DNA of 64,000 nucleotides from an uncultured Acidobacteriota bacterium (GCA_963809485.1 CAWEJX010000001.1:96001-160000), one strand, 5' to 3'. Counted from the first letter of the stretch, positions 9,320 to 20,154 are shown. Notes: generated by a model from the sequence alone, not told the origin. A program made the numbers and translations.

Positions 9320-10870
9320 ATGGTAAATTTCGGATCTCGTCCCGCGGACAGGCTTAACCGAATGGGGCCCCGGATCCTGCTTTGCATCGCTCTGGTGTAT
9401 CTTTGTGCGGCCAACTTAGTCTGGATATCGAAAGACGCCCGCCCGCCATTCTTCGACATGGCCTACCACCAGGCCAAAGCCCTGAACATCTACGATGTCA
9501 TCCAAAGCCGCGGCATCTCCGGGCTCCGTGAGATCCCTCATCTGACTGGTTTCTACCCGCCCCTGTTCCATTCTGTAATTGCCATTTTCTATGCGCTTTT
9601 GGGGAAATCCATTCACTCCGCAATGCAGGCCAACCTCCCGGCGATCGCCATACTCCTGTTTGCCACCTACGGCCTGGGGAAGCGCCTGATGACGCCCTTT
9701 GCGGCGGCAACCGCCGCGGCGCTCGCAAACTTCTTCCCCTTGATGCTGTGGCTCTCGCGTGAAACGCTCATCGACTATTGGTTGGCCGCCTTCGTGACGC
9801 TGGCAATGGTGTGTCTGTTCCGCACGGAAGGCTTCTCCAAACGGTCCGAATCCGCTCTGTTCGGCGTCGTGTGCGGGCTTGGGATGCTGACCAAATGGAC
9901 CTTCCCCTTGTTCGTGGCTCTGCCCGCCGTCTGGACGGCCCGAAAAAACTGGAAAAACGCCGGCATCGCCGCTCTGACCGCATCCGCCGTATCGGCAGGC
10001 TGGTATGCGTCGCAATGGCGGGCGATTGAATCTTTTTTTAACATAAACAAGTCCGGAGGCGTGGCTGAAGGAGATCCTTTGAAGCTCAGCTTTCAGTCCC
10101 TGGTCTTCTATGTCCGCGCGCTGGAAGGGTATCAGCTGTTTCTTCCGCTATTCGTCCTCTTTGTGGCAGGCGTTGTCTTCCTGATGCGGAATTTCTCTCC
10201 GGCATGGATTCCTGTCGTTCTCTGGATCGCCGGCGGATGGTTTAGCCTGCTGTTGTTTCAGAACAAGGATCCGCGCTATACGGTGCCCCTGCTCCCTGCG
10301 GTGGCTCTCATCAGCGCTTCGGTATTGCAGAACCGGCGGCTATGGACCGCAGCATTGGCCTGCCTGCTGCTCTTTCAACACCACCTGGTATCCTTCGGCT
10401 TCCGCAATTTGCCCGAAAGGATTATTCTGCTAAAAGGGATAGAAGGCCCGCTCTCCTGGGACTGGAATCTATACACGCAGACCTATTTTCAACTTCTTGG
10501 CCCTCCTGTGCGCGAAGACTGGAAGATTGAGCAAGTTCTTTCGCAGGTAGCCGAGGTCCGAGGCCCTAAGGTCAGGCTGGGAATTGTTCCCAGTATCCCG
10601 CGTTTTGATCCGGAAGCCTTCGAGTTTTGCTCCGCGCTTCGTGGATACAACGTGACGGTCACGCGCCTGTGGTATTTTGATGAGAAGGCGATCGCCGGCC
10701 AGGACTGCATCCTGGTATCCGAGAGAGACCAGGGATACGCGGCTTTTTACTCCAAGGATCTTGACCGGATCAACCATTACATTATGGATCGCCCGGACCA
10801 ATACCGGCTGGCCGATCGATTGGCAATCCCTGGCGGACGAACCATACGCCTGTACCGCCTGAAGCCGTGA
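9320..10870 (+). CDS. GT-C fold membrane glycosyltransferase (ArnT/PMT-like)
   Basis: Many TM helices; PPFFD..YH, FYPPLF, GLGMLTKWT and KDPRY motifs. True start may be ATG 9362. Confidence 0.75.
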   Translation: MVNFGSRPADRLNRMGPRILLCIALVYLCAANLVWISKDARPPFFDMAYHQAKALNIYDVIQSRGISGLREIPHLTGFYPPLFHSVIAIFYALLGKSIHSAMQANLPAIAILLFATYGLGKRLMTPFAAATAAALANFFPLMLWLSRETLIDYWLAAFVTLAMVCLFRTEGFSKRSESALFGVVCGLGMLTKWTFPLFVALPAVWTARKNWKNAGIAALTASAVSAGWYASQWRAIESFFNINKSGGVAEGDPLKLSFQSLVFYVRALEGYQLFLPLFVLFVAGVVFLMRNFSPAWIPVVLWIAGGWFSLLLFQNKDPRYTVPLLPAVALISASVLQNRRLWTAALACLLLFQHHLVSFGFRNLPERIILLKGIEGPLSWDWNLYTQTYFQLLGPPVREDWKIEQVLSQVAEVRGPKVRLGIVPSIPRFDPEAFEFCSALRGYNVTVTRLWYFDEKAIAGQDCILVSERDQGYAAFYSKDLDRINHYIMDRPDQYRLADRLAIPGGRTIRLYRLKP

Positions 10871-10928
10871 TCCGGTTTGGATCCGGCCCGGCCATGCGGA
10901 TTTTATATTTTGGGACACTTGGACGCCA

Positions 10929-12796
10929 TGACGCCTGGTTCCAGCATGAAAAAATTGATGAAAAAATGGGCGCCCCACACAATCCTGACAGCCCTTGTGA
11001 TCTGCAGCGTGGTCCCGTTCGCTGGCCGCGCCGTATATCTTGACGAGCATATATATTTGCACGTCGCCGAAACCGCCCTCGAGAAAGACTGGAGGTTTCC
11101 CCAGGACACGCCGTGGATATTTTTCGGCACCCGCTACCAGAATCTCGCGGCTCACACGCACCCTCCGTTGGGCGAGTACGTACTGGCCATAATGCTCAAG
11201 CTTTTCGGGGGTTTCGATGAAGTCCGTTTTCGATTGTTGTGGGCCGTTTTTCCGCTGGCGGCGGCTCTGGGCTTCTACCGTCTGGCCCGTCATTTCACCG
11301 CGAACCCGCTGCCGATCGCCTCATTGTTTGCGGTCTGTCCCGCCTTTTTTGTCATAAGCCCGACGCTCATGATGGATATCCCCATGCTGGCCTTTTTACT
11401 CTGGGGGCTGGCGTTTTACCTGGACGGCCTCCAGGGGCGGGAAATTTATCTTTTGCCGGCCGCTGGGTGCTTCACCGTGTCCGCCGGAATCGGATATTCG
11501 GCATTGGTTCCGACAGGCTGCCTTTTCCTTTGGGCGATTGCCAGGAAACGGCCTGTTCGCGAATTGTGCAGTATCGTCCTGGCCCCGATGGCTGTGGCAG
11601 CATGGCTGGCAGTCATGAAATCCCATTTTGGTGCGCTGCCTGCGGCCGGGATGGTCCGCTACCTGGCTTCGCACCTGTCGTTTCCCGCGAATGTCATTCC
11701 CACTTTCAGCTTCCTTGGAGGCGTCAGCCTGCTTCCCTGGGGATTTTTGGCGCTGGCCGACGTCCCTCGAAAGAAAATTCTGATTGTGTTCTGTGTTTTG
11801 GCGGCATTGATGATGAGTTTTTTCCATAGCTGGCCAACTCCGTACTCCCGGATGTGGTTTGTGCTGCTGGCATCCTCCGGTATCGGGCTGATCGTGACCT
11901 TTGTGATGAAGGCCGCGCGCCGGGACTCTGACGCCTGTCCGCCGGGCCGGGATTTCCTGTTCCTTTGGTTTCCGGCAACATTTATTTTCTTCCTGCTGTC
12001 GGCGGAGATGGTCAACGCCCGCTATATTCTCCTAAGCCTGCCGCCCGTATTCCTGATTGCCTTCAATCGCGCACGCCGAGCTTCCGCGGTTCCTGTTGTT
12101 GCGGGTACCATGATTTTGTCCGTCCTGATAGCCGTCGGCGATTATCGATTTGTAAATTCCTATCGGGAATGGGTTGCTGCAAACATCGATCCATTGCAGC
12201 GGCAGGGTTTCCGCATATGGAGCGCAACGGAATCGGGTCTGCGCTTCTACCTCGAACATAGAGGCATACAGACACTCGACGATACGGACATGCGCCCCAA
12301 AGGAGGAGATCTCATCGTCCGGCAAGCTTCCTTTTCCTACGGTCTGTCCGGGGAACTGGCACCACTTTTGCTGCCGCTGTCACAGGTCGATCTTGTAGAC
12401 GCTTATCCTGTCCGCACCTTTGTCGCTGCGGCGGGCGCGGGCTTTCACGACAGCCATTTCGGGCTTGTCCCCTACAGCATATCGCGAGCCCCCCTGGACC
12501 GGCTGGAACTGATGCAGGTCAGCCCGTTTGTGCACAGCCTGCCGCAGGTGGTACCTCCCGACTATTCTTCAGTCCCGGTATGGTATCCAGGAGGTGTTCT
12601 TCTCAAACAGGTCCTGCCGGAAATGAAATTTCCCGTGCGGGTTCCCAGGGGTGCGCGGTTGGACTATGAGCTTGAGGGCAAGGGTTCCATTGAAATCTCG
12701 GACGGATGCATTACATTAAGGAAGACAGGTGATGGAACGGCTGTCTGGAAAAACTTCCGTATCATCCCGGAGGCATTGGGTGAGGCGAACCGATAG
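10929..12796 (+). CDS. GT-C fold membrane glycosyltransferase (ArnT/PMT-like) with periplasmic C-terminal domain
   Basis: YLDEHIY, THPPL, MMDIPML and ARYILL motifs; many TM helices. Start uncertain (10877-10959). Confidence 0.7.
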
Positions 12797-12870
12797 CATG
12801 AAATGCCGGTCCTGTATGCCGGCTGGCAATGGAGCGCGTCTCCGCCCGCGTGCTTTTTAGGAAAGCTCCT

Positions 12871-14013
12871 ATGGATCCTTTGGAAAAAGAGGCACAAGAG
12901 AACCGGAAGAATGAAAGGGCCGGGCTGGAACCTACCGGAGAGCGCTACCTGCCGTGGGCGGACGATCCCGTAATGACCTATGAGCATTTGCATCGCTACG
13001 CCCATGCATCCCGATATATCGAAGGCAAAAGGGTGCTCGACCTGGCTTCCGGCGAGGGTTACGGTTCTGCGTTGCTCGCCCGCACAGCCTTTTCGGTTGT
13101 CGGAATCGACATCGACGAAAAAACCGTGCGTCACGCGCGCAGGAAATATGCGGGAGCCAATATTCACTTTGTCGTCGGCTCGGTTACCGAGATTCCTCTG
13201 GCAGCCCGCTTTGACGTCGTCGTCTGCTTCGAGCTCATAGAACATGTTCAGGACCACGACAAACTGCTTTCCGAAATCAAACGGCTTCTTGCTCCGGGGG
13301 GCATGCTGATGATTTCAACCCCCAATAGGCCGGAATACCGCCTCCTGGAGCCGTCGAATCCCTTCCACGTGAAGGAGCTCGACTTCGTGGAATTCAGGGT
13401 ACTGCTGGAACGCTTTTTTTCACACGTACGGTTCCTGGGACAGCGCGTGTACTGCAATTCCAGCCTTTGGGCCACTGAATCCCCATCATCCGAAACCGGG
13501 TCTGGGATGTTCATCGATCTCGGCCCTGAGGGATTTTGGGTCTCTCAGACGGATCGCCGGGCTCCCCTGTATTTCATCGGCACGGCATCGGACGCCGAGG
13601 TGCCGCCGGGCCCTGCAAGTGATGTTTTGGTGGACAATACCAATTCGCTGTTAAAAGAGCGAGACAGGATCCAGAGCGAATTGGAGGCATCCATCCGCTC
13701 GCAAGAGGAAGCCCTGGCATGGAGAGAAGAGCAGGAGCACCAATTTCAAATCATCATCAGCGCACGTGATGAAGCGCTCCAGTGGCGCGCATCCCAAATC
13801 AGCGACATGCAGGATAAATTTCGCAACCAGCAGCTTGAAAACGACTATCAAGGAAGGCTGATTGAAGAACTTGAAAAGCAGATGCGCCTCCTTCAATCCG
13901 GAAGAGCGTGGAAGCTGCTCCAGAAATTCTTCGCTTTTCGAGACCGGATTTTGCCGCCGCTGAGCGCCGGAAGAAGGATTTATGATCGCTTCCTCGGTAA
14001 AATCAAGCTGTAG
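12871..14013 (+). CDS. SAM-dependent methyltransferase with long C-terminal coiled coil (WbdD-like architecture)
   Basis: TGERYLP, EHLHRY, VLDLASGEGYG, FELIEH and NPFHVKE motifs; coiled coil followed by SGRAWKLL amphipathic tail. Confidence 0.85.
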   Translation: MDPLEKEAQENRKNERAGLEPTGERYLPWADDPVMTYEHLHRYAHASRYIEGKRVLDLASGEGYGSALLARTAFSVVGIDIDEKTVRHARRKYAGANIHFVVGSVTEIPLAARFDVVVCFELIEHVQDHDKLLSEIKRLLAPGGMLMISTPNRPEYRLLEPSNPFHVKELDFVEFRVLLERFFSHVRFLGQRVYCNSSLWATESPSSETGSGMFIDLGPEGFWVSQTDRRAPLYFIGTASDAEVPPGPASDVLVDNTNSLLKERDRIQSELEASIRSQEEALAWREEQEHQFQIIISARDEALQWRASQISDMQDKFRNQQLENDYQGRLIEELEKQMRLLQSGRAWKLLQKFFAFRDRILPPLSAGRRIYDRFLGKIKL

Positions 14014-14212
14014 GCTGGAGCTGTGACCAGCCTTGGGTGTAGAATTCGCAGGCGTGATGGGGAGGCAGAAGTCCGACCCACGGAGGGTCCTGGAAGACGG
14101 ATCTCCTGCCTGATCTGGGCGAATCGGGAAGTGATTTATCAGCCCCCGAGGGGCGCCTGTTGCACGCCGATCCATTGCATGGCATGAGGGATGCTGCCAT
14201 TAGCGGAATAGC

Positions 14213-17020
14213 ATGCTTGTTTTCTTGAGCCGTCTAACCCTGATTTTGACCGCCCTGCTGGTCTCGCCCATAATTCTTGCCCTGGCATTGTTCCTTCTGT
14301 TGCTGAACCTGGTGTATATTTTCCGCCGATCGCCCGGGCGCAGGCGCCGCAATGACAAAGAGCCGCGTGCCGTAAGGGAGAAGGTCCCCAACATCCTCAT
14401 TATCCAGTCCGCGGAGCCCGATTGCCTGCTGAAGGCATTGGATCGCCTGAAAAGCATCCCGTTGATTTCCGGCGGACGTTGCACGGTATTTTGCCGCGAC
14501 CGGTCCGAAATTCTCAGACACCTTGCCGGACATCCCATGCTGCACAGCATTCTTCCCCACATGGAAACACGAGGATGGTGGAACCACCTCGATGATTTCA
14601 GAAAAGAGCATTTTGATGCTGTGGTGGTTTTTTTTACAGGGGATCCGAGCTACTGGAAGATCAAGTATTTTTCCCTGCTGATCGGCGCCCGTCGGAAACT
14701 GGTTCTCAACGAGAACCATCGCCTGGTCTCGTCCTGCGGTTCCCTGTTCGCTCTCTTTGAACGCGACCTCATACTTTCCGGCATCTTCCATTCGGTCTCC
14801 TGGAAGATGCGCCCGGGACTCCGCTGGCTGGCTGAGCGCTATCAGTTAATGCGGGAGAGGTCCCGTTCTTCGAACGGCTGCGGGATTTCAAGGTGGGCTG
14901 TTTCCCTGGCAGGATTTCAGGCGGATGCGACCGAAATCGAGACAGTTGCAGCCGATGTTGCGCCGAAGGACCGTCAGACGGATGCGCAGGAGGCGCTCGA
15001 TAATGCCCGGCGCATGCTTACGGGGCTGTCAAAAATTTCTTTGCGCAGCTTCCTTTCATCGCAAGCCCGATTCCGGCTGCCGGCCGACGGGGAACCGGCC
15101 GTCAGCGTGATTCTCGTGTTATTCAACCGTGCCGAGCTCACCTTCCAATGCTTGCGGTCCCTGGCCGAAAGCGGGTTTGAATCGATGGAAATCATCATTG
15201 TGGACAACAAATCCATTGATGATACCCCCTTCCTCCTGGACCGGCTTGAGGGGGCAACCATCCTGCGCAATCCCGCCAATATCCACTTTATCAAGGCGGC
15301 TAACGCGGGGGCATCCAAAGCGCGCGGCCGTCACCTCCTCTTTTTGAACAACGATGCGCAAGTTATGCCCGGGGCAATCCGGTCAGCAGTCCGTACTCTC
15401 GAAAGCTCCGATGATATCGGGGCGGTAGGCGGCAAACTCATTCTGCCGGACGGGACGCTCCAGGAAGCCGGGAATATTGTCTGGAGAGACGGTTCATGCC
15501 TCGGTTATGGACGCGGCAGCGATCCGCTGCTGCCGGAATACATGTTCCGCAGGGATGTCGACTATTGTTCCGGTGCTTTTCTGCTTACCCGGCGCGAAAC
15601 CTTCCTGAGCCTGGGAGGGTTCGATGAAGCATACCAGCCCTTCTACTATGAAGAAACCGACTACTGCCTCAGGCTCTGGGAGCGGGGTCTTCGGGTAGTA
15701 TACGAACCCGATGCTGCGGTCCTACATTATGAGTTTGCCAGTTCGTCCTCTTCTGAAGAGGCTCAGGAGTGGCATGCGCGGAATCAGGGCGTGTTTCTCC
15801 GGCGCCATCGGGACCGCCTGCTGACTCATCATGGACCCGATGTCCAAAATATACTGCAGGCTCGCTGCGTTTTGGGGAACCGTTTGAGAGTGCTGTTCAT
15901 CGACGACCGGGCGCCCCACCCGTCGCTCGGATCGGGCTTCCCGCGTTCGAACACAATCCTCTCCGGGCTCGTAAACTCAGGCTGCTTCGTCACTTACTAT
16001 CCGACCGCCGTCCTCGATGAGGATTGGCACGATATATACGCGGACATCCCTCGCGAAGTCGAGGTGGCGCAGGGGCGCGGACCGGGCGGTCTTTTTCAGT
16101 TCCTGACGGAAAGGAGAGGCTATTACGACCTGATTTTTATCAGCCGCCCGCACAACATGCAGTTTGCCAGACCCATCCTTCAAGCGCATCCGGACTGGTT
16201 TCGAAACACAAGAATCATCTATGACGCCGAGGCGTTGTTCGCTTTCAGGGAGCTGGCAAATCTGAAGCTCAGGGGCGAAGAGCCCGCTGCAAAGAGCATT
16301 GAGCAATTGACGAAAAGTGAAGTGGAATTGGCTGCAGAGGCAAACCTTGTCGTTTCGGTATCGGAATCGGAAGCCGGCGAGTTTGCCCGGCACGGGATCC
16401 ACAATGTCCGAGTCCTGGGGCATGCCCTGCCCGTTGCGCCCACGCCGCGGTTATTCCAGGAGCGCGAGGGATTCCTATTCGTGGGCTCGATCCTGGAAGA
16501 GAACAGCCCCAACGGAGATGCCGTACTATGGTTTGTCAAAGAGATACTGCCGATCATTCAGGAAAAGCTGGGAGAGTTGCCCTTCACCATCGCCGGGATT
16601 AACAGAATAGACATCCCTGCCGGTCCCTGCCATCCGAAGGTCCTGGGAAGGGTTGAGGACCTTTCCCCCATTTATGATAAAGCACGCGTCTTTGTTGCCC
16701 CTACACGATTCGCCGCCGGAATCCCGCACAAGATACATGAAGCCGCCGCGCGCGGTCTTCCTGTAATCGCGACTTCGCTTCTGATGCGCCAACTCGGATG
16801 GTCGGACGGGGAGCATCTCCTTGTCGCCGATAAAGCGCAATCATTCGCGGAACAATGCATCCGCCTGCACAGCGATGCCGGGCTCTGGGATCGAATCCGC
16901 CGGGCGGCTCTGCAGCGTGTTTCGATCGATTGCTCCCCGGAAACGTTTGAAATCGCCCTGAAAGCAATCCTCGAAGGACATGAAAATCAGGTTGCCGAAG
17001 TTTCACAAAACTTGCGCTGA
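14213..17020 (+). CDS. Multidomain glycosyltransferase: membrane anchor + unknown domain + GT2 + GT4
   Basis: GT2 motifs (VDNKSID, FLNND, DYCSGA, YYEETD); GT4-like C-terminus (APTRFAAGIPHKIHEA). Confidence 0.88.
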   Translation: MLVFLSRLTLILTALLVSPIILALALFLLLLNLVYIFRRSPGRRRRNDKEPRAVREKVPNILIIQSAEPDCLLKALDRLKSIPLISGGRCTVFCRDRSEILRHLAGHPMLHSILPHMETRGWWNHLDDFRKEHFDAVVVFFTGDPSYWKIKYFSLLIGARRKLVLNENHRLVSSCGSLFALFERDLILSGIFHSVSWKMRPGLRWLAERYQLMRERSRSSNGCGISRWAVSLAGFQADATEIETVAADVAPKDRQTDAQEALDNARRMLTGLSKISLRSFLSSQARFRLPADGEPAVSVILVLFNRAELTFQCLRSLAESGFESMEIIIVDNKSIDDTPFLLDRLEGATILRNPANIHFIKAANAGASKARGRHLLFLNNDAQVMPGAIRSAVRTLESSDDIGAVGGKLILPDGTLQEAGNIVWRDGSCLGYGRGSDPLLPEYMFRRDVDYCSGAFLLTRRETFLSLGGFDEAYQPFYYEETDYCLRLWERGLRVVYEPDAAVLHYEFASSSSSEEAQEWHARNQGVFLRRHRDRLLTHHGPDVQNILQARCVLGNRLRVLFIDDRAPHPSLGSGFPRSNTILSGLVNSGCFVTYYPTAVLDEDWHDIYADIPREVEVAQGRGPGGLFQFLTERRGYYDLIFISRPHNMQFARPILQAHPDWFRNTRIIYDAEALFAFRELANLKLRGEEPAAKSIEQLTKSEVELAAEANLVVSVSESEAGEFARHGIHNVRVLGHALPVAPTPRLFQEREGFLFVGSILEENSPNGDAVLWFVKEILPIIQEKLGELPFTIAGINRIDIPAGPCHPKVLGRVEDLSPIYDKARVFVAPTRFAAGIPHKIHEAAARGLPVIATSLLMRQLGWSDGEHLLVADKAQSFAEQCIRLHSDAGLWDRIRRAALQRVSIDCSPETFEIALKAILEGHENQVAEVSQNLR

Positions 17021-17547
17021 GTATCCTCCGGAAGACCTGGAGGCTTTGCGGTTGCTGGCCCCACAAAAGGGTCCGATCACAACCGATGAAAAGTCAGGTA
17101 CCTCCTGCAAAGCCTGAGGCTTGAAGGATTTGAACCGCTCAAAGCGGTTGGACTAGTTACGCCGGTCTTGAACGCTGATTTACGCGGGCAAAAGCCGACC
17201 CTCGCCGAACAAATCGGCGTTTGTCAGCGCTTTTATCAGCGTTTCTCAGCGTTTCACAATATGGAGACGTCAAACTCTTTGAGTCCCCCGGGAGAGCCGG
17301 GGATTTACCAATGTAATTATGGAGGTTCCATGCGCCTTAGATATCTTTAAACCTTTTTTAACCGGGGAATATCGAATAGAGAATGCTGTATTGGGAAGTC
17401 CTTCTGCGATTCGATATTCGAAATTCGGCATATCGCAGGGCTTAGGTTGTGGGTTACTGTCAGAACACCGGGGAAAAGGCTTTCTCCTGTGTTTGTCAAA
17501 AGGATGCTGCCACACCGGCAGAGCCGGAGGATCTCTCATTGGATTAG
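17020..17547 (-). mobile_element. Non-autonomous IS200/IS605-like element, family B copy 1 (contains a nested family A copy)
   Basis: Ends AGTATCCTCCGGAAGACCTGGAGGCTTTGCGGTTGC... and ...CACCGGCAGAGCCGGAGGATCTCTCATTGGATTAG match both ends of 44911-45183. Strand is inferred. Confidence 0.65.
17092..17318 (-). mobile_element. Non-autonomous IS200/IS605-like element, family A copy 1 (shortest; inner hairpin cassette absent)
   Basis: AGTCAGGTACCTCC..CAAAGCC..GAGGCTTGAA..GAACCGCTCAAAGCGGTT and GTCAAACTCTTTGAGTCCCCCGG..GAGCCGGGG ends are shared with three other copies. Confidence 0.75.
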
Positions 17548-17718
17548 ATTCGGAGGACGCAGGCGAACTCCAGGGATCTCCCGGGTATTTGGAATGCGAG
17601 CCGGGCTTTGGCCGGACCAGGCTTTTGCCAGTGGCCGCGGTCCGCGGATAGAGTGTGCGCATTCGCAACCCGATTGTTTGAGGATTAAAATCGGGAAACG
17701 GATCTTCAGGTAAGACAG

Positions 17719-20154
17719 ATGTTTTATTATTTGCGCTTGTTGTTTCTGGCCGTCATCGCCCTTTTGTGCACTCCATTGATGTTGTTGCTTTGGCTGACAC
17801 TTTTCTTCTGCAACTGGATAGGGCTCCTCTCCCTTTTGTCCAGGCAGCGCCTGCCTGCGCAATGCCCGCCCATATCCGGCATCGCTTCCATCGTGGTTCT
17901 CAACTGCAACGGAAAAGACCTGCTGGCACAGGGCATTCCCTCCATCCTGGAGGCGGTGCGCGAGGACGGCCGGCCTCACGAGGTCCTTGTTGTTGACAAC
18001 GGAAGCACGGACGGCTCGGTCGAGTATGTGCGTCAATCGTTCCCCGATGTGCGCGTCCTGGCCTTGCCGGAGAACCTCGGGTTTGCCGAGGGCAACAACG
18101 CCGGAGTTCGGGCCGCCCTGCACGACGTGGTTGTTCTTCTCAATAACGATATGATCGTGGATCGATGTTTTCTGGGACCGCTGCTGCGGGGCTTCGGTCC
18201 CGGAACCTTCGCGGTTTCCAGCCGGATTTTTTTCCAGGATCGGGCCAAAAGACGCGAGGAAACGGGAAAAACGACGGCGGCTTTTCGCCGCGGATGGATC
18301 GACTACACCCACAGCGGACCTGATGTAGAGGCTTTTGCGCGCGAATACTACCCTGCTTTTTGGGCGGGCGGCGGGTCTTCGGCCTTCCATCGGCAGAGGT
18401 TTCTCGAGCTCGGAGGATTCCGCAAGCTGTATTCTCCCGCCTACGTGGAGGACACGGATCTGTCGTACCAGGCCTGGACCGCTGGATGGGAAGTTCTCTG
18501 GGCACCGCAATCGATCGTATATCACAAACACAGAGCCACGAGCAGCCGGTTTTTCAGCCCCTCGGAGCTTGAAACGCTTGTTACCCGCAATCAGCTGCTT
18601 TTTCTGTGGATAAACATCCGCGACTGGAAATTCCTGATTTCTCACGGCATTTATCTGCCCTGGAATCTGTACCGCATGATGCGCGATCACGGGATCATCG
18701 CGGCGAAGGGATGGATCCAGGCGGCCCTTCAATTCCCCTCGGCCATGGCGGACAAACTGAGGCTTCCCTACCGGCAAATCCGCGCCGATGCCGAGGTTTT
18801 TAAGCTCTTATCCAGGCCGGATCTTTACTTCTGGAAACGCAAGTCCCTTCACTCGCACGTGGTGGGCCCAAACGGCTCCAAACCGCGCCTTTTGTGGCTT
18901 ACGGCCTACCTGCCCCACACGGGGCGTCACGCCGGGGCAGGCCGCATGTTTCAACTGCTGAAGCGCCTCTCCGCAGACTATCGGATCACGCTTCTGAGTT
19001 TTCTCGAGACGGACGATGAAACGATATTCCTGCCCGAGGTGGAGTCGTTGTGCGAGAACGTAATTGCCATGAGGCGCTCGAGGCGCAGACGGTGGCATAT
19101 TTTCGCCTATGAGCCTTTTGATGAATTTCGCACGCCGGAAATGCAGCGGGCATTGAACCAGTGTCTCGAGGAATCCGATTTTGACCTCATACAGCTGGAG
19201 TACACCCAGATGGCCTGCTATGCAGACAGGAGTCGGGGGATCCCGACGATTCTTACAAAGCATGAGGTCGATTTCGCCGCATGTGCCCGCCGCGCAACGA
19301 GGGAGCCTGGCCCCGCCGGCAAGGCGCGCTGGTTTTACAACTATCTCCAGGTTCTGGACCGCGAGGTAAAACTCACACGCGATGTGGACGCCGCGGTCTG
19401 CATGACCGATCCGGATGCCCGGGAATTGAAAAGGTACTGTCCCTCTCTGCCAACGCACGTAATAAACACCGGCGTGGATCTCGACTATTTCAAGCCTCCG
19501 GAGCTGCCGGCGGAGGGATCCCGCCTGGTTTTTGTCGGCGCTTTCCAGCACCTGCCGAACGTCGAGGCCATGATTTATTTCTGCAGGGAGGTACTCCCGC
19601 TGGTCCGGAAAGAGACGCCTTATTCAGAATTGTTTATTGTCGGAAGCAATCCTGCGCCCGCCATTCTGGCCCTCTCAACGATCCCGGGAGTTCACGTCAC
19701 CGGATTTGTCCCCGACATACGCCCGTACATGGCCGCCAGTTCCGTTTATGTTGTTCCGCTGCGTCTTGGTGTAGGGATACGGGGCAAAATCCTGGAGGCC
19801 TGGAGCATGGCGATGGCCGTGGTATCCACGCCCGTCGGCGCTGCCGGATTGCATTGCGAGCACGGCCAAAACATCCTGATTGGGGATTCCGCAGTGGAAA
19901 TGGCGGCGCAAATAGCCATGCTATTGAGCAATCCTGAGCTCCGTCAGAGGCTCGGAGCGGAAGGGAGAAAAACCGCCGAGCAGTTCTATGGATGGGAGAG
20001 ATCGGCCGGACAACTCGACGCGCTTTATCGATTCTACCTGAGCCGGCCGGATACCATCGAGAAGTCTCATGCTCCAGCTGCTCAGAAATGGACGAACGCA
20101 CGGCCCGGGATTCCTGCGGCGCTGGAAAGCCGTCCCCATGCATATGTCGAATAG
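17719..20154 (+). CDS. Bifunctional glycosyltransferase GT2 + GT4 with N-terminal membrane anchor
   Basis: VDNGSTD, NLGFAEGNN, LLNND and YVEDTD motifs; C-terminal VPLRLGVGIRGKILEA. Confidence 0.9.
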   Translation: MFYYLRLLFLAVIALLCTPLMLLLWLTLFFCNWIGLLSLLSRQRLPAQCPPISGIASIVVLNCNGKDLLAQGIPSILEAVREDGRPHEVLVVDNGSTDGSVEYVRQSFPDVRVLALPENLGFAEGNNAGVRAALHDVVVLLNNDMIVDRCFLGPLLRGFGPGTFAVSSRIFFQDRAKRREETGKTTAAFRRGWIDYTHSGPDVEAFAREYYPAFWAGGGSSAFHRQRFLELGGFRKLYSPAYVEDTDLSYQAWTAGWEVLWAPQSIVYHKHRATSSRFFSPSELETLVTRNQLLFLWINIRDWKFLISHGIYLPWNLYRMMRDHGIIAAKGWIQAALQFPSAMADKLRLPYRQIRADAEVFKLLSRPDLYFWKRKSLHSHVVGPNGSKPRLLWLTAYLPHTGRHAGAGRMFQLLKRLSADYRITLLSFLETDDETIFLPEVESLCENVIAMRRSRRRRWHIFAYEPFDEFRTPEMQRALNQCLEESDFDLIQLEYTQMACYADRSRGIPTILTKHEVDFAACARRATREPGPAGKARWFYNYLQVLDREVKLTRDVDAAVCMTDPDARELKRYCPSLPTHVINTGVDLDYFKPPELPAEGSRLVFVGAFQHLPNVEAMIYFCREVLPLVRKETPYSELFIVGSNPAPAILALSTIPGVHVTGFVPDIRPYMAASSVYVVPLRLGVGIRGKILEAWSMAMAVVSTPVGAAGLHCEHGQNILIGDSAVEMAAQIAMLLSNPELRQRLGAEGRKTAEQFYGWERSAGQLDALYRFYLSRPDTIEKSHAPAAQKWTNARPGIPAALESRPHAYVE

